From: Epithemia pelagica
Lineage: Eukaryota > Protista > Bacillariophyta
Length of the DNA stretch: 64,000 nucleotides
Direction: 5' to 3'
NCBI GenBank assembly: GCA_946965045.2
Contig: OX337237.1
Location: 2,046,001 to 2,110,000, forward strand
The notes below the pieces were generated by a model. The model saw nothing but the letters and a program-made list of their open reading frames with translations. It did not search any database and was not told where the DNA came from. This document shows, piece by piece, positions 32,093-43,343 of this stretch (positions within the stretch are counted from its first letter, which is position 1; each line of letters opens with the position of its first letter). The position numbers were made by a program, and so were the translations under genes.

Positions 32093-35000
32093 ATGTATGT
32101 TAGAGACTCTTCCATTGAGAAAGGGGTTGCTAAAGCAGCAGCATGCCGTGACTCCCTATTGTATAAAGACGGAGACAAGTTTTTTCCAAAAGTGTGTTGT
32201 GTTTGCGACCAGTTCATCAAGGTTGGACATGAGAAATGTTTGAAACTAGAAGATCTAAAGCACAGACGAATTCAACCCAAGTTTCTGAAGGCAAATCTGG
32301 ATTTCACCCATTGCAGCATCTCAGAAGACAGCAAGAAAATAATCAAGGGGCATTACACACAAAGTTGTTATAATGCAAGAAACACTGCACGATATCGCTT
32401 TCTGCAGCAACTTGTTCTTTCCCCATCTTCATATGCATTGAAAAAGGGGCAGAAAAGTGAAGGACTGGGATGTTGTAGCACTTGTTACAATACTATTATT
32501 CAAATGAAGAAAGAATCATGTGATCCTGACAAGGTCCCCAAATATGCCATATTTAATGGATTGATGTTTGGTCCCACACCTGCCCGTTTGCAAGATTTGA
32601 ATGAAGTTGAGCTGGCTTTGATTTCACCTGCAAGAACAAACAAACATATCTTTTCGTTTACCGCAGGGTCACATAAATCTATCAAGGGGTGGCATGCGTT
32701 GTACTACAATGACCTAAATGCAGTAAATGGAGTGATTAATTGGTGTCGTACAGCAACAGGGCAGAATTCAACTAATGATAATGACACGCAAAATGGGCAG
32801 GAACTCCCTGTACACTGGGCTGAAACTGCATTGTTTGATGAAGAAAGTATTGGTGATGATAATGACAGCAATGAAGATATCGAAAGTACTGCCAACAACT
32901 CCACTACAAATACATCTGAGGGGAACACCGGCAATGACGGCAAAGAAGAAACTGAGCATCATGACGATGAAGACATTCAAGAAGATCCACAGGATTCTCC
33001 ATTACTACCACAAATTGCTGTCATTCTAACAGGACCATTCACACCCAGACAGAAAGCTCTGACATACCAGCGTACAAAGGTTCGTTGGAATAAGGTCCAT
33101 ATGGCAGTTCAATGGCTGAAGGACAACAATCATTTATACAAAGACTTGGATTTGCCGGGCGACAAAATCATTGAGCCAATAATTATTGACAAAAGTGAGG
33201 ACATTGATGAAACAGCTTCATCAAATGTGGAACAAGTCTTTGAAATAACAGCTGTTTTCCCAGACTCCGATGAACCACAGTTAATCAATGGCGGCTGTTC
33301 ATCACAAAATGATTTCAAGCAGGTAACACTTGATTGTCTTTTGGCTGACCACGAGAATAAGGATGCAACTTTGATTTCGCGTTCATCAAAAACATTATTG
33401 AAAGACTATCAGGGCGAAAATCTTCTTAAGGCTTTTCCGCTTCAGTTCCCATTTGGTATTGGTGCATACGACAGTCAAGGTCAACCACATTCTGGCATGA
33501 AATATTTTGAATATCTCATGAGACATTCAACTAAAAGTTTCCATCGTGCCGATTTTGTGTGCATTATTCACAACATGTTTGAGCGACAGAGAATGGTGTC
33601 AAACTCTTATTTGAGAACCAGTGAAGCACAGGCAGAATCATTTGCAACAATCACAGATAAGCAGATTGAGGAAGCTATACAACGACATCTTGATTCCGCA
33701 CAAGGATCAGCTCCAAGTGACAATTTTTTGAAAAAGATGAAAGCAATTACTTCATCAATGGGACACACAGGTGCTGCTGCAAAGAAAGCACGGCAGAATA
33801 TGTTGGCAATGATTGCAAGATTTGGCCTGCCAAGTGTCATGTTTACCATTACACCTGAGGATGCAGTGAATTTCAGAATACGTGTAATGGCAAACAAAAA
33901 AACTGGTGAAAGGAATCCTCCTGATCCAAACACAACACCGGTTCATGACCAAAACAAATATATACTTGAGTGTGGTGGAATTCGGCAAGTTCATCCAGGG
34001 CTTTGTGCCATTGAGTTTGAAAATGTGATAGCAATTACTATTCAGCATCTACTTGGTTGGGATATGAACAAGAGGAAAACATAAAAGATCTTGGAATTTT
34101 TGGTGATCTGATAGCGTGGTGTTATGCAGTTGAGGAACAAGGCAGGAAAACACTTCATGCACATTTCCTGTTGTATCTGATGAAATGGTCTGTGCTACTT
34201 CAAGGACTTGGAGATGAGGCAACAAGAGAACGGTTCTCGGAACAATTGGTTGAATATGCATCAAAAGTTATGAGCACATACATGCATGGTGAAGCCATTC
34301 CTTCCTGTGTTCAACAAGATTGTACTTCAAATGTTTTCGAATTCTGCTCAAAACAAGACATCAGGAATTTGCGCACAAAACTTGGAACTACATCACTTGG
34401 TGGGAAAGCGATTGCCAAGTGCACAACATGTAACACATGTATGACAAGTGAGGATTTGGTTTTCTCCCGATTGAAGGAAATCTTCCAAACAATGACTTTT
34501 ACTCAAGAGCAAAGAGAAAATGAAACCAATGCCGAGTCAGATTTGTCTGACAAAACAAAACTCACCAATGCCATGGAGTTACTCTTAATGCGGGAACAGC
34601 TCAAGAAGCCTTCCCGGATGACAAGCAAAGGCGTATTTGTCATGAACGTATTGCGCAATCTGCATCGTTCAAAACATGCAAATTCCTGCTTCAAGAAAGG
34701 AGAAGAATGTCACATGCATGTTCCATGTGCGTCATGTGACGAAACAGAATTAAAATTTTCAGCAGACACGACTGATTGGTTTGACTGGAAAGGAAAGGAG
34801 CAGTCAAGACAATTGTTCACCTTGAACTCTAAACGGGCCCATGCTGATGCATTTGTCAATATTCACAGTTCCCACGCAAGCAAGCTATTTGGTTGCAATA
34901 CAAATGTTGTCACTGGAGTGGACGGAGGAAGTGTCATGTATATGACATGCTACATTTCAAAGAACACACAAACAGAAGACAATGAACTTTTTACAAATTC

Positions 35001-37974
35001 TGCAAAACATATGATCAAGAAAATGAGAGAGTCCTTACTCCAACTTGAGGACGAGTCTTCGAACACAAATCAAGAGCCAGGAGGAGAAGACAATGAGAAC
35101 GACAGAGTGGCTACAGTGATGAAAACATTGATTGGTGCAATGTTGCTTTCCACCTCTGCTCATATATGCAGTGCTCCTATGGCATCTTTTTTGGTGAGAA
35201 ATGGAGGTTCACGTTTTCATTATTCTCATGATTTTGCATATGTCAATTTGAACCATTTTGAAACAGATGGTCTGAATGATTTGTCTGTTGATTCCATTGA
35301 GGGGACACCTTTTTTGACTTCAAGTGTCGCAAACTACTCATTGCGTCCAGAAGAACTAGAAGGCACTTGTTTGTATGATTTTTTGTCCCAGTTCACAGTG
35401 AGCAGAAGAACAAAAAGCAGTCTGGAATGGATAAAGGACCATCCATCAAAAAATCATCTTGGTGTGCAGGCAAGCAAACACATCAAGGTTCCTGTGGTCA
35501 ATTACAGAGATTTCATGAACACCAGTTCTTTTGGAAACCAACCGATTGATTCTATTGAACTACCTGAAATTCTCGAGGAGGAGCATCATGCTATGGAACT
35601 TTATGCCAAGAAGGCAAACTTACTGTTTCATCCCTTTCGTTCAGTTCAAACGGATTTGACGGTTGCAGGCTCATACGTTAGAAGTTTCCAGGAGGCACTT
35701 TGCAGTGGAATTATAACAGAAGCACATTGTGAGATTCTTGCAAATATTCAGGATTGTCGCAATAGTTTGGAAGCTGGGCGACCGTGTGATTCTCTTGAGT
35801 CTGAAACATCATGCCCGTCAGCTGCTTGTGGCCATGGGTCTTATAATGAGAACAATGCTGAAGAAACCAATCACGATGACATTGACAGTGCATTTGAAGA
35901 ATTGGTTGAAACAATGAATGAACTAAATGACTCAGGACTTCAGTTGAGAACGTTGAACAACATTTATCAGTTTTCCTCATCAATCATCTGAAAATGTGGC
36001 TCTGTAAAATGTGGTGTGCAAAACATTGCGACTCCCAATCTTGGAGAACGTGTGGGTGCAAACGTTTTTGAAACCCAAAGCGAGGAAATGGATCCAGATC
36101 AACAGCATCCAAGTGGTCTAGACGATGATGATTTCATTTCTCGTTATTCAACTTTTGTGACAAAGAAAGCACTTCATGAGCTAGCAATATCAAGAACAGA
36201 AAGGATTACCATGGATGATGGACACGACGAAATAAAAGCAACTGGAACATTGAAGAATATCCGGGAATATGCTGTTCATCACTTCAGAGGTGATGAAGAC
36301 CAGGAATATGCATTCGAGGCCATAATGTCTGCATTTGTACTTCGCCTCCACGATGAAGCAGCAAAAGACACGACTGGACAAGAACAAATGCCTGCATTCC
36401 GTAGAAGAAAAATGAATCACACAAGAGAGACTTTGCAGAAGGTTAATCAAGGATCCCAGTTCATATCCTTTCTTTCTGGAGCAGGTGGATCTGGGAAAAG
36501 CCATGTCATCAAAACACTTGTGAGATATGCCAAAAATCTCTGTTCCAACCTCAAGGTCAGGTATGACAAACGTACAATTGTTGTTACAGCCCTTACTGGT
36601 GCAGCAGCTGTTGGAATCAATGGTGAAACGACACATATGGCTTGTGCATTAAACAGGGAAGTTACCAATGAACCAGAAGAATGGAAGAATGCTTATCTCT
36701 TGATTGTAGATGAAATTTCTTTTGCATCAAGAGATGTTGTTGATAAACTGGATTACAAATTGAGACGCATTTTGAAGCCAGATCACAAATTTGGGGGGAT
36801 TCCAATTGTCTTCGCTGGAGATTTTACGCAGCTCAAACCAGTGAAAGCTCAGCCCTTGTATTTATTCAAAGACTTTGAAAAATGGTATGAATGGGTCCAT
36901 ACTTTTCTTGAGCTAAAAACAAACCACAGGTTTCATTTGGATCCACCTTGGGGTAACTTACTTTCAATATTCCGGGATGAAGGGCCAAGTGACAGAGACG
37001 TTCAGAAGATTAACACTCGGGTTGTTGGTTCAAGAGGTGGACCAACAGAAAGTGATATACCCCCAAATGTGGTATATGCAACAAAAACCAACCTTGATTG
37101 CGCTGCCATCAATGATGCTATTTTAGGGAAACATCTCGAAAACACCCATTCAAAAGATCCAACTGTACAGCCACCACTACACACAGTCTGTATAAAAGCC
37201 TCCAATTTGAAGTGGAGGAAAGCTGGGACACGTTCTGAATACATCAATTTTAACAAGTCGTGCGAAGATATCCTCTATGCAACATGTGGAGAAGGACATC
37301 TACAAGGAAAAGACAACAAAAGATATGACCCTCTGCTGAAACTGTACTATGGAAGACCATTGTGCATCAATGAGAATAAAAAAGTTGATTCATGTATTGC
37401 AAATGGAGCAATGTGTGAATTCAAGGGACTTGTTCTCAAACAAGGTGTTACGATGAATGACATGGAAAAAATAATGATTGATGGGTTCTATGTTTGGAGT
37501 ATAAAGGTCTCCCAACTTGAAGGACTAAAAGTGGAGATGTTGGATGGTGGACGTAACCAACTCGTCATTCTAAAACCAGAAACTGTCTGTCAACAAGTAC
37601 AGTTTCCATTGCCACTGCTTAACATGACAAGAGTTCGGAAAATGATGAAGATGGCCCAGCTTCCTGTGAACGTGTCAAACGCAAGAACCGTCCATAAACT
37701 GCAAGGACGGTCAATTGAGTTCCTCTACATATCGAACTGGGATTACACTGGAAACTGGAACTATGTTTGCTTATCAAGAGTTTGTGAAATGAAGGGCCTC
37801 TTTTGAGCAAAACCTTTGATTGCAGAAAAGTGTAGCGGGATGTCAGCGGAATGTAAAGACTTCCATGTCTGCTTTAGAACTACGAAGCATCCACCACCGA
37901 GGGTTCATATAGATGACAGATATAGCTCTAAAAAAATAGAAGCCATCATATACCTGTATTCGGATGTGGAATAG
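32093..37974 (+). pseudogene. Helitron Rep-helicase (HUH endonuclease + PIF1-family SF1B helicase), interrupted in three places
   Basis: Segment 1 has KVRWNKVHMAVQWLKDNNHLYKDL, AFPLQFPFGIG and FGLPSVMFTITPED. Segment 2 has the HUH motif EEQGRKTLHAHFL and Tyr motif YMTCYISK. Segment 3 has Walker A GAGGSGKS, Walker B LIVDEIS, FAGDFTQL, TVHKLQG and YVCLSRV. There is a frameshift near 34075 and in-frame TGA at 35989-35991 and 37804-37806. Confidence 0.92.
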
Positions 37975-40320
37975 CTTATGCAGTGGGCTATAAGTGACAC
38001 CATTTTCACATTCCAAAACATGTTGATACTAGAGTTGTTCTCACGCGAAACAAATGGCGACAAATCTTATAGTACAATAGCCTCAAGTGGAACAGGAACA
38101 AGTATACCATCAAAGTTGCCGCACCCAAATTGCATTGCATTATCAGATACCTTATGGCGTGGACTATAAGTGACAACAGTTTCACATTCCAAAACCTGTG
38201 GATACTAGAGTTGTTCTCACGCGAAACAAATGGCGACAAATCTTATAGTACAATAGCCTCAAGTCGAACAGGAACAAGTATACCATCAAAGTTGCCGCAC
38301 CCAAATTGCATTGCATTATCAGATACCTTATGGCGTGGACTATAAGTGACAACAGTTTCACATTCCAAAACATGTGGATACTAGAGTTGTTCTCACGCGA
38401 AACAAATGGCGACAAATCTTATAGTACAATAGCCTCAAGTCGAACAGGAACAAGTATACCATCAAAGTTGCCGCACCCAAATTGCATTGCATCATCAGAT
38501 ACCTTATGGCGTGGACTATAAGTGACAACAGTTTCATATTCCAAAACATGTGATACTAGAGTTGTTCTCACACGAAACAAATGGCGACAAATCTTATAGT
38601 ACAATAGCCTCAAGTCGAACAGGAACAAGTATACCATCAAAGTTGCCGCACCCAAATTGCATTGCATCATCAGATACCTTATGGCGTGGACTATAAGTGA
38701 CAACAGTTTCATATTCCAAAACCTTTGGATACTAGAGTTGTTCTCACGCGAAAAAAATGGCGACAAATCTAATAGTACAATAGCCTCAAGTCGAACAGGA
38801 ACAAGTATACCATCAAAGTTACCGCAACCAAATTGCATTGCATCATCAGCTACCTTATGCCGTGGACTATAAGTGACAACAGTTTCACATTCCAAAACCT
38901 GTGGATACTAGAGTTGTTCTCACGCGAAACAAATGGCGACAAATCTTATAGTACAATAGCCTCAAGTCGAACAGGAACAAGTATACCATCAAAGTTGCCG
39001 AACCCAAATTGCATTGCATCATCAGATACCTTATGGCGTGGACTATAAGTGACAACAGTTTCACATTCCAAAACATGTGGATACTAGAGTTGTTTTCACG
39101 AGAAACAAATGGCGACAAATCTAATAGTACAATAGCCTCAAGTCGAACAGGAACAAGTATACCATCAATGTTGCCACACCCAAATTGCATTGCATTATCA
39201 GCTACCTTATGACGTGGACTATAAGTGACAACAGTTACATATTCCAAAACATGTGGATACTAGAGTTGTTCTCACGCGAAACAAATGGCGACAAATCTAA
39301 AAGTACAATAGCCTCAAGTCGAACAGGAACAAGTATACCATCAAAGTTGCCGCACCCAAATTGCATTGCATTATCAGATACCTTATGGCGTGGACTATAA
39401 GTGACAACAGTTTCACATTCCAAAACATGTGGATACTAGAGTTGTTCTCACGCGAAACAAATGGCGACAAATCTTATAGTACAATAGCCTCAAGTCGAAC
39501 AGGAACAAGTACACCATCAAAGTTGTCGCAGCCAAATTGCATTGCATCATCAGCTACCTTATGACGTGGACTATAAGTGACAACATTTTCACATTCCAAA
39601 ACCTTTGGATACTAGAGTTGTTCTCACGCGAAACAAATGGCGACAAATCTTGTAGTACAATAGCCTCAAGTCGAACAGGAACAAGTATACCATCAAAGTT
39701 ACCGAACCCAAATTGCATTGCATCATCAGCTACCTTATGACGTGGACTATAAGTGACAACAGTTTCATATTCCAAAACCTGTGGATACTAGAGTTGTTCT
39801 CACGCGAAACAAATGGCGACAAATCTTGTAGTACAATAGCCTCGAGTCGAACAGGAACAAGTATACCATCAAAGTTACCGAACCCAAATTGCATTGCATC
39901 ATCAGATACCTTATGGCGTGGACTATAAGTGACAACAGTTTCATATTCCAAAACCTTTGGATTCTAGAGTTGTTCTCACGCGAAACAAATGGCGACAAAT
40001 CTTATAGTACAATAGCCTCAAGTCGAACAGGAACAAGTATACCATCAAAGTTGCCGCACCCAAATTGCATTGCATCATCAGATACCTTATGGCGTGGACT
40101 ATAAGTGACAACAGTTTCTTATTCCAAAACCTTTGGATACTAGAGTTGTTCTCACGCGAAACAAAGGGGGACAAATCTTGTGGTACAATAGCCTCAAGTC
40201 GAACAGGAACAAGTATACCATCAAAGTTGCCGAACCCAAATTGCATTGCATCATCAGATACCTTATGGCGTGGACTATAAGTGACAACAGTTTCATATTC
40301 CAAAACCTTTGGATACTAGA
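37975..40320. repeat. 176-bp tandem repeat array, 13 full units plus a partial unit
   Basis: CTATAAGTGAC anchors at 37988, 38164, 38340, 38516, 38691, 38867, 39043, 39219, 39395, 39571, 39747, 39923, 40099 and 40275 (one unit is 175 bp). Confidence 0.99.
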
Positions 40321-40715
40321 ATTCCATAACTACTCCCAGGAGTACAGAGCAAGTTCAGTTACACCGTCTCTCTTTATTCTCACTCCTAAGTAGTCTACAT
40401 ATTTCAGTACTTCTGGTTCGTTCAGTCACGGATTCCACTGCACAGATAACAGATACTGAACTTAGTCGACTCTTTACCGCGAAGCGGTCCAATCTAATGG
40501 ATCAACGCGCTCAGGATTAGCAATATTTCGATAGATGTGCGCGACTGGACTGGAACTGGAAGGGGGAAGAGGTGGGAGCAAGTTTCGGATTTGCTGCACC
40601 AAGTGCACGACTTCGAGAAAACGACGGAGACCTGCACATTGTCGAAACCACCTCCCGTCGACGAGATGAGGACACAAAATACTTACCAGTGATATCAAGA
40701 AAGCGAACAACAAAA

Positions 40716-43124
40716 ATGTCAGAAGGAGAAGACTTTTTTGGAGGTATGGGAGGAATCCAGTCCATGGGAATCCTGAACGCTCTTCGGACGGGTGATCCCA
40801 GAATTGACATGGTCTTGGCCATGTGCTTCCCCTTTATTGTTAAGTTCCTTCTGGATAGCTTTCGTCAAGTTTGGCAGAAAATTCAGGACATGCTGAACTG
40901 GTCTCCAGACATGGGCTATCATGAGCGTCGCATTGTGCACAAGACGAATCGCGATCGATGGGGTGGTGTCAGCAACGATGACGAAGACACACAAAATACC
41001 ATTCTCATCAAGGCAATTGATATGTACCTACATTCCCAGATCAAACTGGATTTGAGACAGGCTAATATTGATCTGACGTCGACAGAAGATAAGAATGCCA
41101 GTGTGGGACAGCGGCACAATTATTACTACTACGACGATTCGGACGATGACGACGACGACAGCAAGACACTTGTTGGAGCTTTGTCAAAATATCGAATTGT
41201 CAAGAAACCTCCTGTCAACGAATGGCATAGTCTTGGGAGCCACGGACCGACAAAACAAGAAGGAAACGACGAGACGATGGACAAAGCAAGCGAAGATGTC
41301 GACCAGTCATGCGAAGATGTCCTTCTTCGTATTGAGAGACAAGAGCATGATAGCAGTGGAAACGACAAGACAGGCAGTGGTAACTCTGGAACTCAGCTGG
41401 TCAATACTTATCTCTTTCAATCGGAGTCTGGGGAGGCCATTGACGCCTTCATTGATAAGGCCTATCAGTGGTACTTGAATGAACTTCGGAAATTGGATGA
41501 CAACTCACGATACCTGTATGAACTAAAGTCAAACTCCTTCAGTCGTAAGGACGATGAAGATGATGGACCTTCGGGTCGTATCTATACCCGATACCGGCTA
41601 TCGGAAGAAAAAACTTTTGGATCGCTTTTCTTTCGTGAAAAGGAATCCCTCCTCAGATTGATCCAACACTTTACAAACCGCTCTGGAAAGTACAGTATTC
41701 CAGGTTATCCACACAAGCTAGGGCTGTTGCTCAGCGGTTGCCCTGGTTCAGGGAAAACCAGTTTCATCAAGGCTCTAGCCCAACACACTGGCCGTTCCAT
41801 CGTTAATGTTCCCTTGGCACGCGTCAGCACCAATGCCGAACTCATGTCAATCTTCTTCAACCATCGCAAATATGTTGAAGGCGAGAATATGCCGGCAAAG
41901 TTAGGTTTCAAGGACGTGATTTTCGTCATGGAGGATGTCGATGCCGCATCTAATGTTGTCAAACGGCGAGATGGCAAACTCAAAGGTGACAGTGAAGAAT
42001 CAGCGGATGAGCAAATTCTTTCCGGAAATGATCTACCGACCCCAAAATCAGTGTGGCAAATGCTTTTGGAAAGTAATGAATCCGATTGCCGGGAACTGGT
42101 GGAGCAGCTAATTGAAAAATCTCCGCGGCTCAAAACCAAGGCGACCCAAGCGAGCGTTCTCACCCAAGCGGTTCACCGATTGCGGGCAATGCCTGGATTG
42201 GGTCTCGTGGGGGCCGTGGAAGTTGGTGATGATCCTGCCCTTGAAAAGATCGGTGCTGATACCCTGTGTACTGTTAACCAAATCATGGATGACACTTCCA
42301 CAGTCGATCGATACTTGGCCTCCCAAGCGCGAATTCTCATGACTCGCATTGAACAAGGGGCAGAAATTGATGACGTATTCGTGGATGCCTTGTTAGGGAA
42401 CAATGCTTTCGGAGATGTTTGCTTATCGCACCTCAAAACGGCAGACAAGACAAGTAGCGACCGTCTCAGTCCAGGGGGGTCCCTGGATCTGTCCAAGTTA
42501 GCAGCCGGGGATGGTGTGTTTTCCGCGATGATGGAAGGGTTGTCAACACCTACGACTGCTGCATCAACCTCGGCCAATACTGAGACTGGCAGCCTCAAAA
42601 ATGTAACCAGCCGAGCTGTTCAAGGTCCAGTTAGTGCCTCATCAGGGGCAGGAAGCAAGACTGTCGGAGGAGGGTTGCTGGATGGATTTGGAAGCAGCCT
42701 CTGGAAACCTGAGCGTGATCAATTGAATCTGAGTGGTTTGCTGAATGTGTTGGACGGCGTTGTGGACTCCCCAGGACGAATCGTAATTATGACAACAAAT
42801 CACGTGGAGCATTTGGATCCGGCACTCATCCGTCCTGGACGTATCGACAAAAAGTTGTTCTTGGGATATATGACGGCGGTGGATGCAATTGCAATGTTGG
42901 AGCACTACTTCCAAATGGCACTTACAGATTCCCAGCGACAGCGTGTAGAAGATGTAATCAATGGAACAGGATCCTTGAGTCAGGGAAAAGCTCGTCCTCT
43001 CTCCTTGACTCCAGCTCAAATTGAACAGATGACGGCGGAGCACGATGAAATTGAGGATATGATCGGTGCGTTGGAAGCGAAAGGATCCAAGTGCTTGTCT
43101 TCGCCAAGACTCGCTCGAAATTGA
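40716..43124 (+). CDS. BCS1-like AAA+ ATPase with long insertion inside the AAA domain
   Basis: Walker A GCPGSGKT, Walker [10 protein letters not shown], then [36 protein letters not shown], which is typical of the BCS1 clade. N-terminal hydrophobic segment; likely ATG at 40716. Confidence 0.88.
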   Translation: MSEGEDFFGGMGGIQSMGILNALRTGDPRIDMVLAMCFPFIVKFLLDSFRQVWQKIQDMLNWSPDMGYHERRIVHKTNRDRWGGVSNDDEDTQNTILIKAIDMYLHSQIKLDLRQANIDLTSTEDKNASVGQRHNYYYYDDSDDDDDDSKTLVGALSKYRIVKKPPVNEWHSLGSHGPTKQEGNDETMDKASEDVDQSCEDVLLRIERQEHDSSGNDKTGSGNSGTQLVNTYLFQSESGEAIDAFIDKAYQWYLNELRKLDDNSRYLYELKSNSFSRKDDEDDGPSGRIYTRYRLSEEKTFGSLFFREKESLLRLIQHFTNRSGKYSIPGYPHKLGLLLSGCPGSGKTSFIKALAQHTGRSIVNVPLARVSTNAELMSIFFNHRKYVEGENMPAKLGFKDVIFVMEDVDAASNVVKRRDGKLKGDSEESADEQILSGNDLPTPKSVWQMLLESNESDCRELVEQLIEKSPRLKTKATQASVLTQAVHRLRAMPGLGLVGAVEVGDDPALEKIGADTLCTVNQIMDDTSTVDRYLASQARILMTRIEQGAEIDDVFVDALLGNNAFGDVCLSHLKTADKTSSDRLSPGGSLDLSKLAAGDGVFSAMMEGLSTPTTAASTSANTETGSLKNVTSRAVQGPVSASSGAGSKTVGGGLLDGFGSSLWKPERDQLNLSGLLNVLDGVVDSPGRIVIMTTNHVEHLDPALIRPGRIDKKLFLGYMTAVDAIAMLEHYFQMALTDSQRQRVEDVINGTGSLSQGKARPLSLTPAQIEQMTAEHDEIEDMIGALEAKGSKCLSSPRLARN

Positions 43125-43343
43125 ACTCCGACCTGCAAAGTGCGTCTGAAGGGATTGAAAGGAGCCAAGTAGAGCATAGTAAGCGAAAAGTAAAAGCTCA
43201 TACACTTTATCGATTCTCTTTGCGAAGTTGACCGCATGAATTGTAAGAACACCCTGTAGTGTTCAAACATTTTCCAAGAGAACGGCAAAAGCAGAACCGA
43301 CATCGTCTTGGTCGATAACGCCAGCATCGACGCAATTCTCAGC

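Larger units (their letters stand above)
28400..40497 (+). mobile_element. Helitron-type rolling-circle transposon, about 12 kb, boundaries approximate
   Basis: Rep-helicase gene at 32093-37974, terminal repeat blocks at both sides, CpG-poor composition, and a candidate 3' end (hairpin 40476-40488, then CTAA|T at 40494-40498). The left boundary is not defined. Confidence 0.65.

Noticed and set aside
34060-34084. Programmed -1 ribosomal frameshift joining Helitron ORF1 and ORF2
   Set aside because: There is no in-register X XXY YYZ slippery heptamer. A 1-nt loss in the A-run (mutation or sequencing error) is simpler, given the additional stop codons.
37978-40393. Repeated 60-158 aa ORFs on both strands of the 176-bp array
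   Set aside because: The unit length is not a multiple of three and the frames break every unit, so these are by-products of the repeat.
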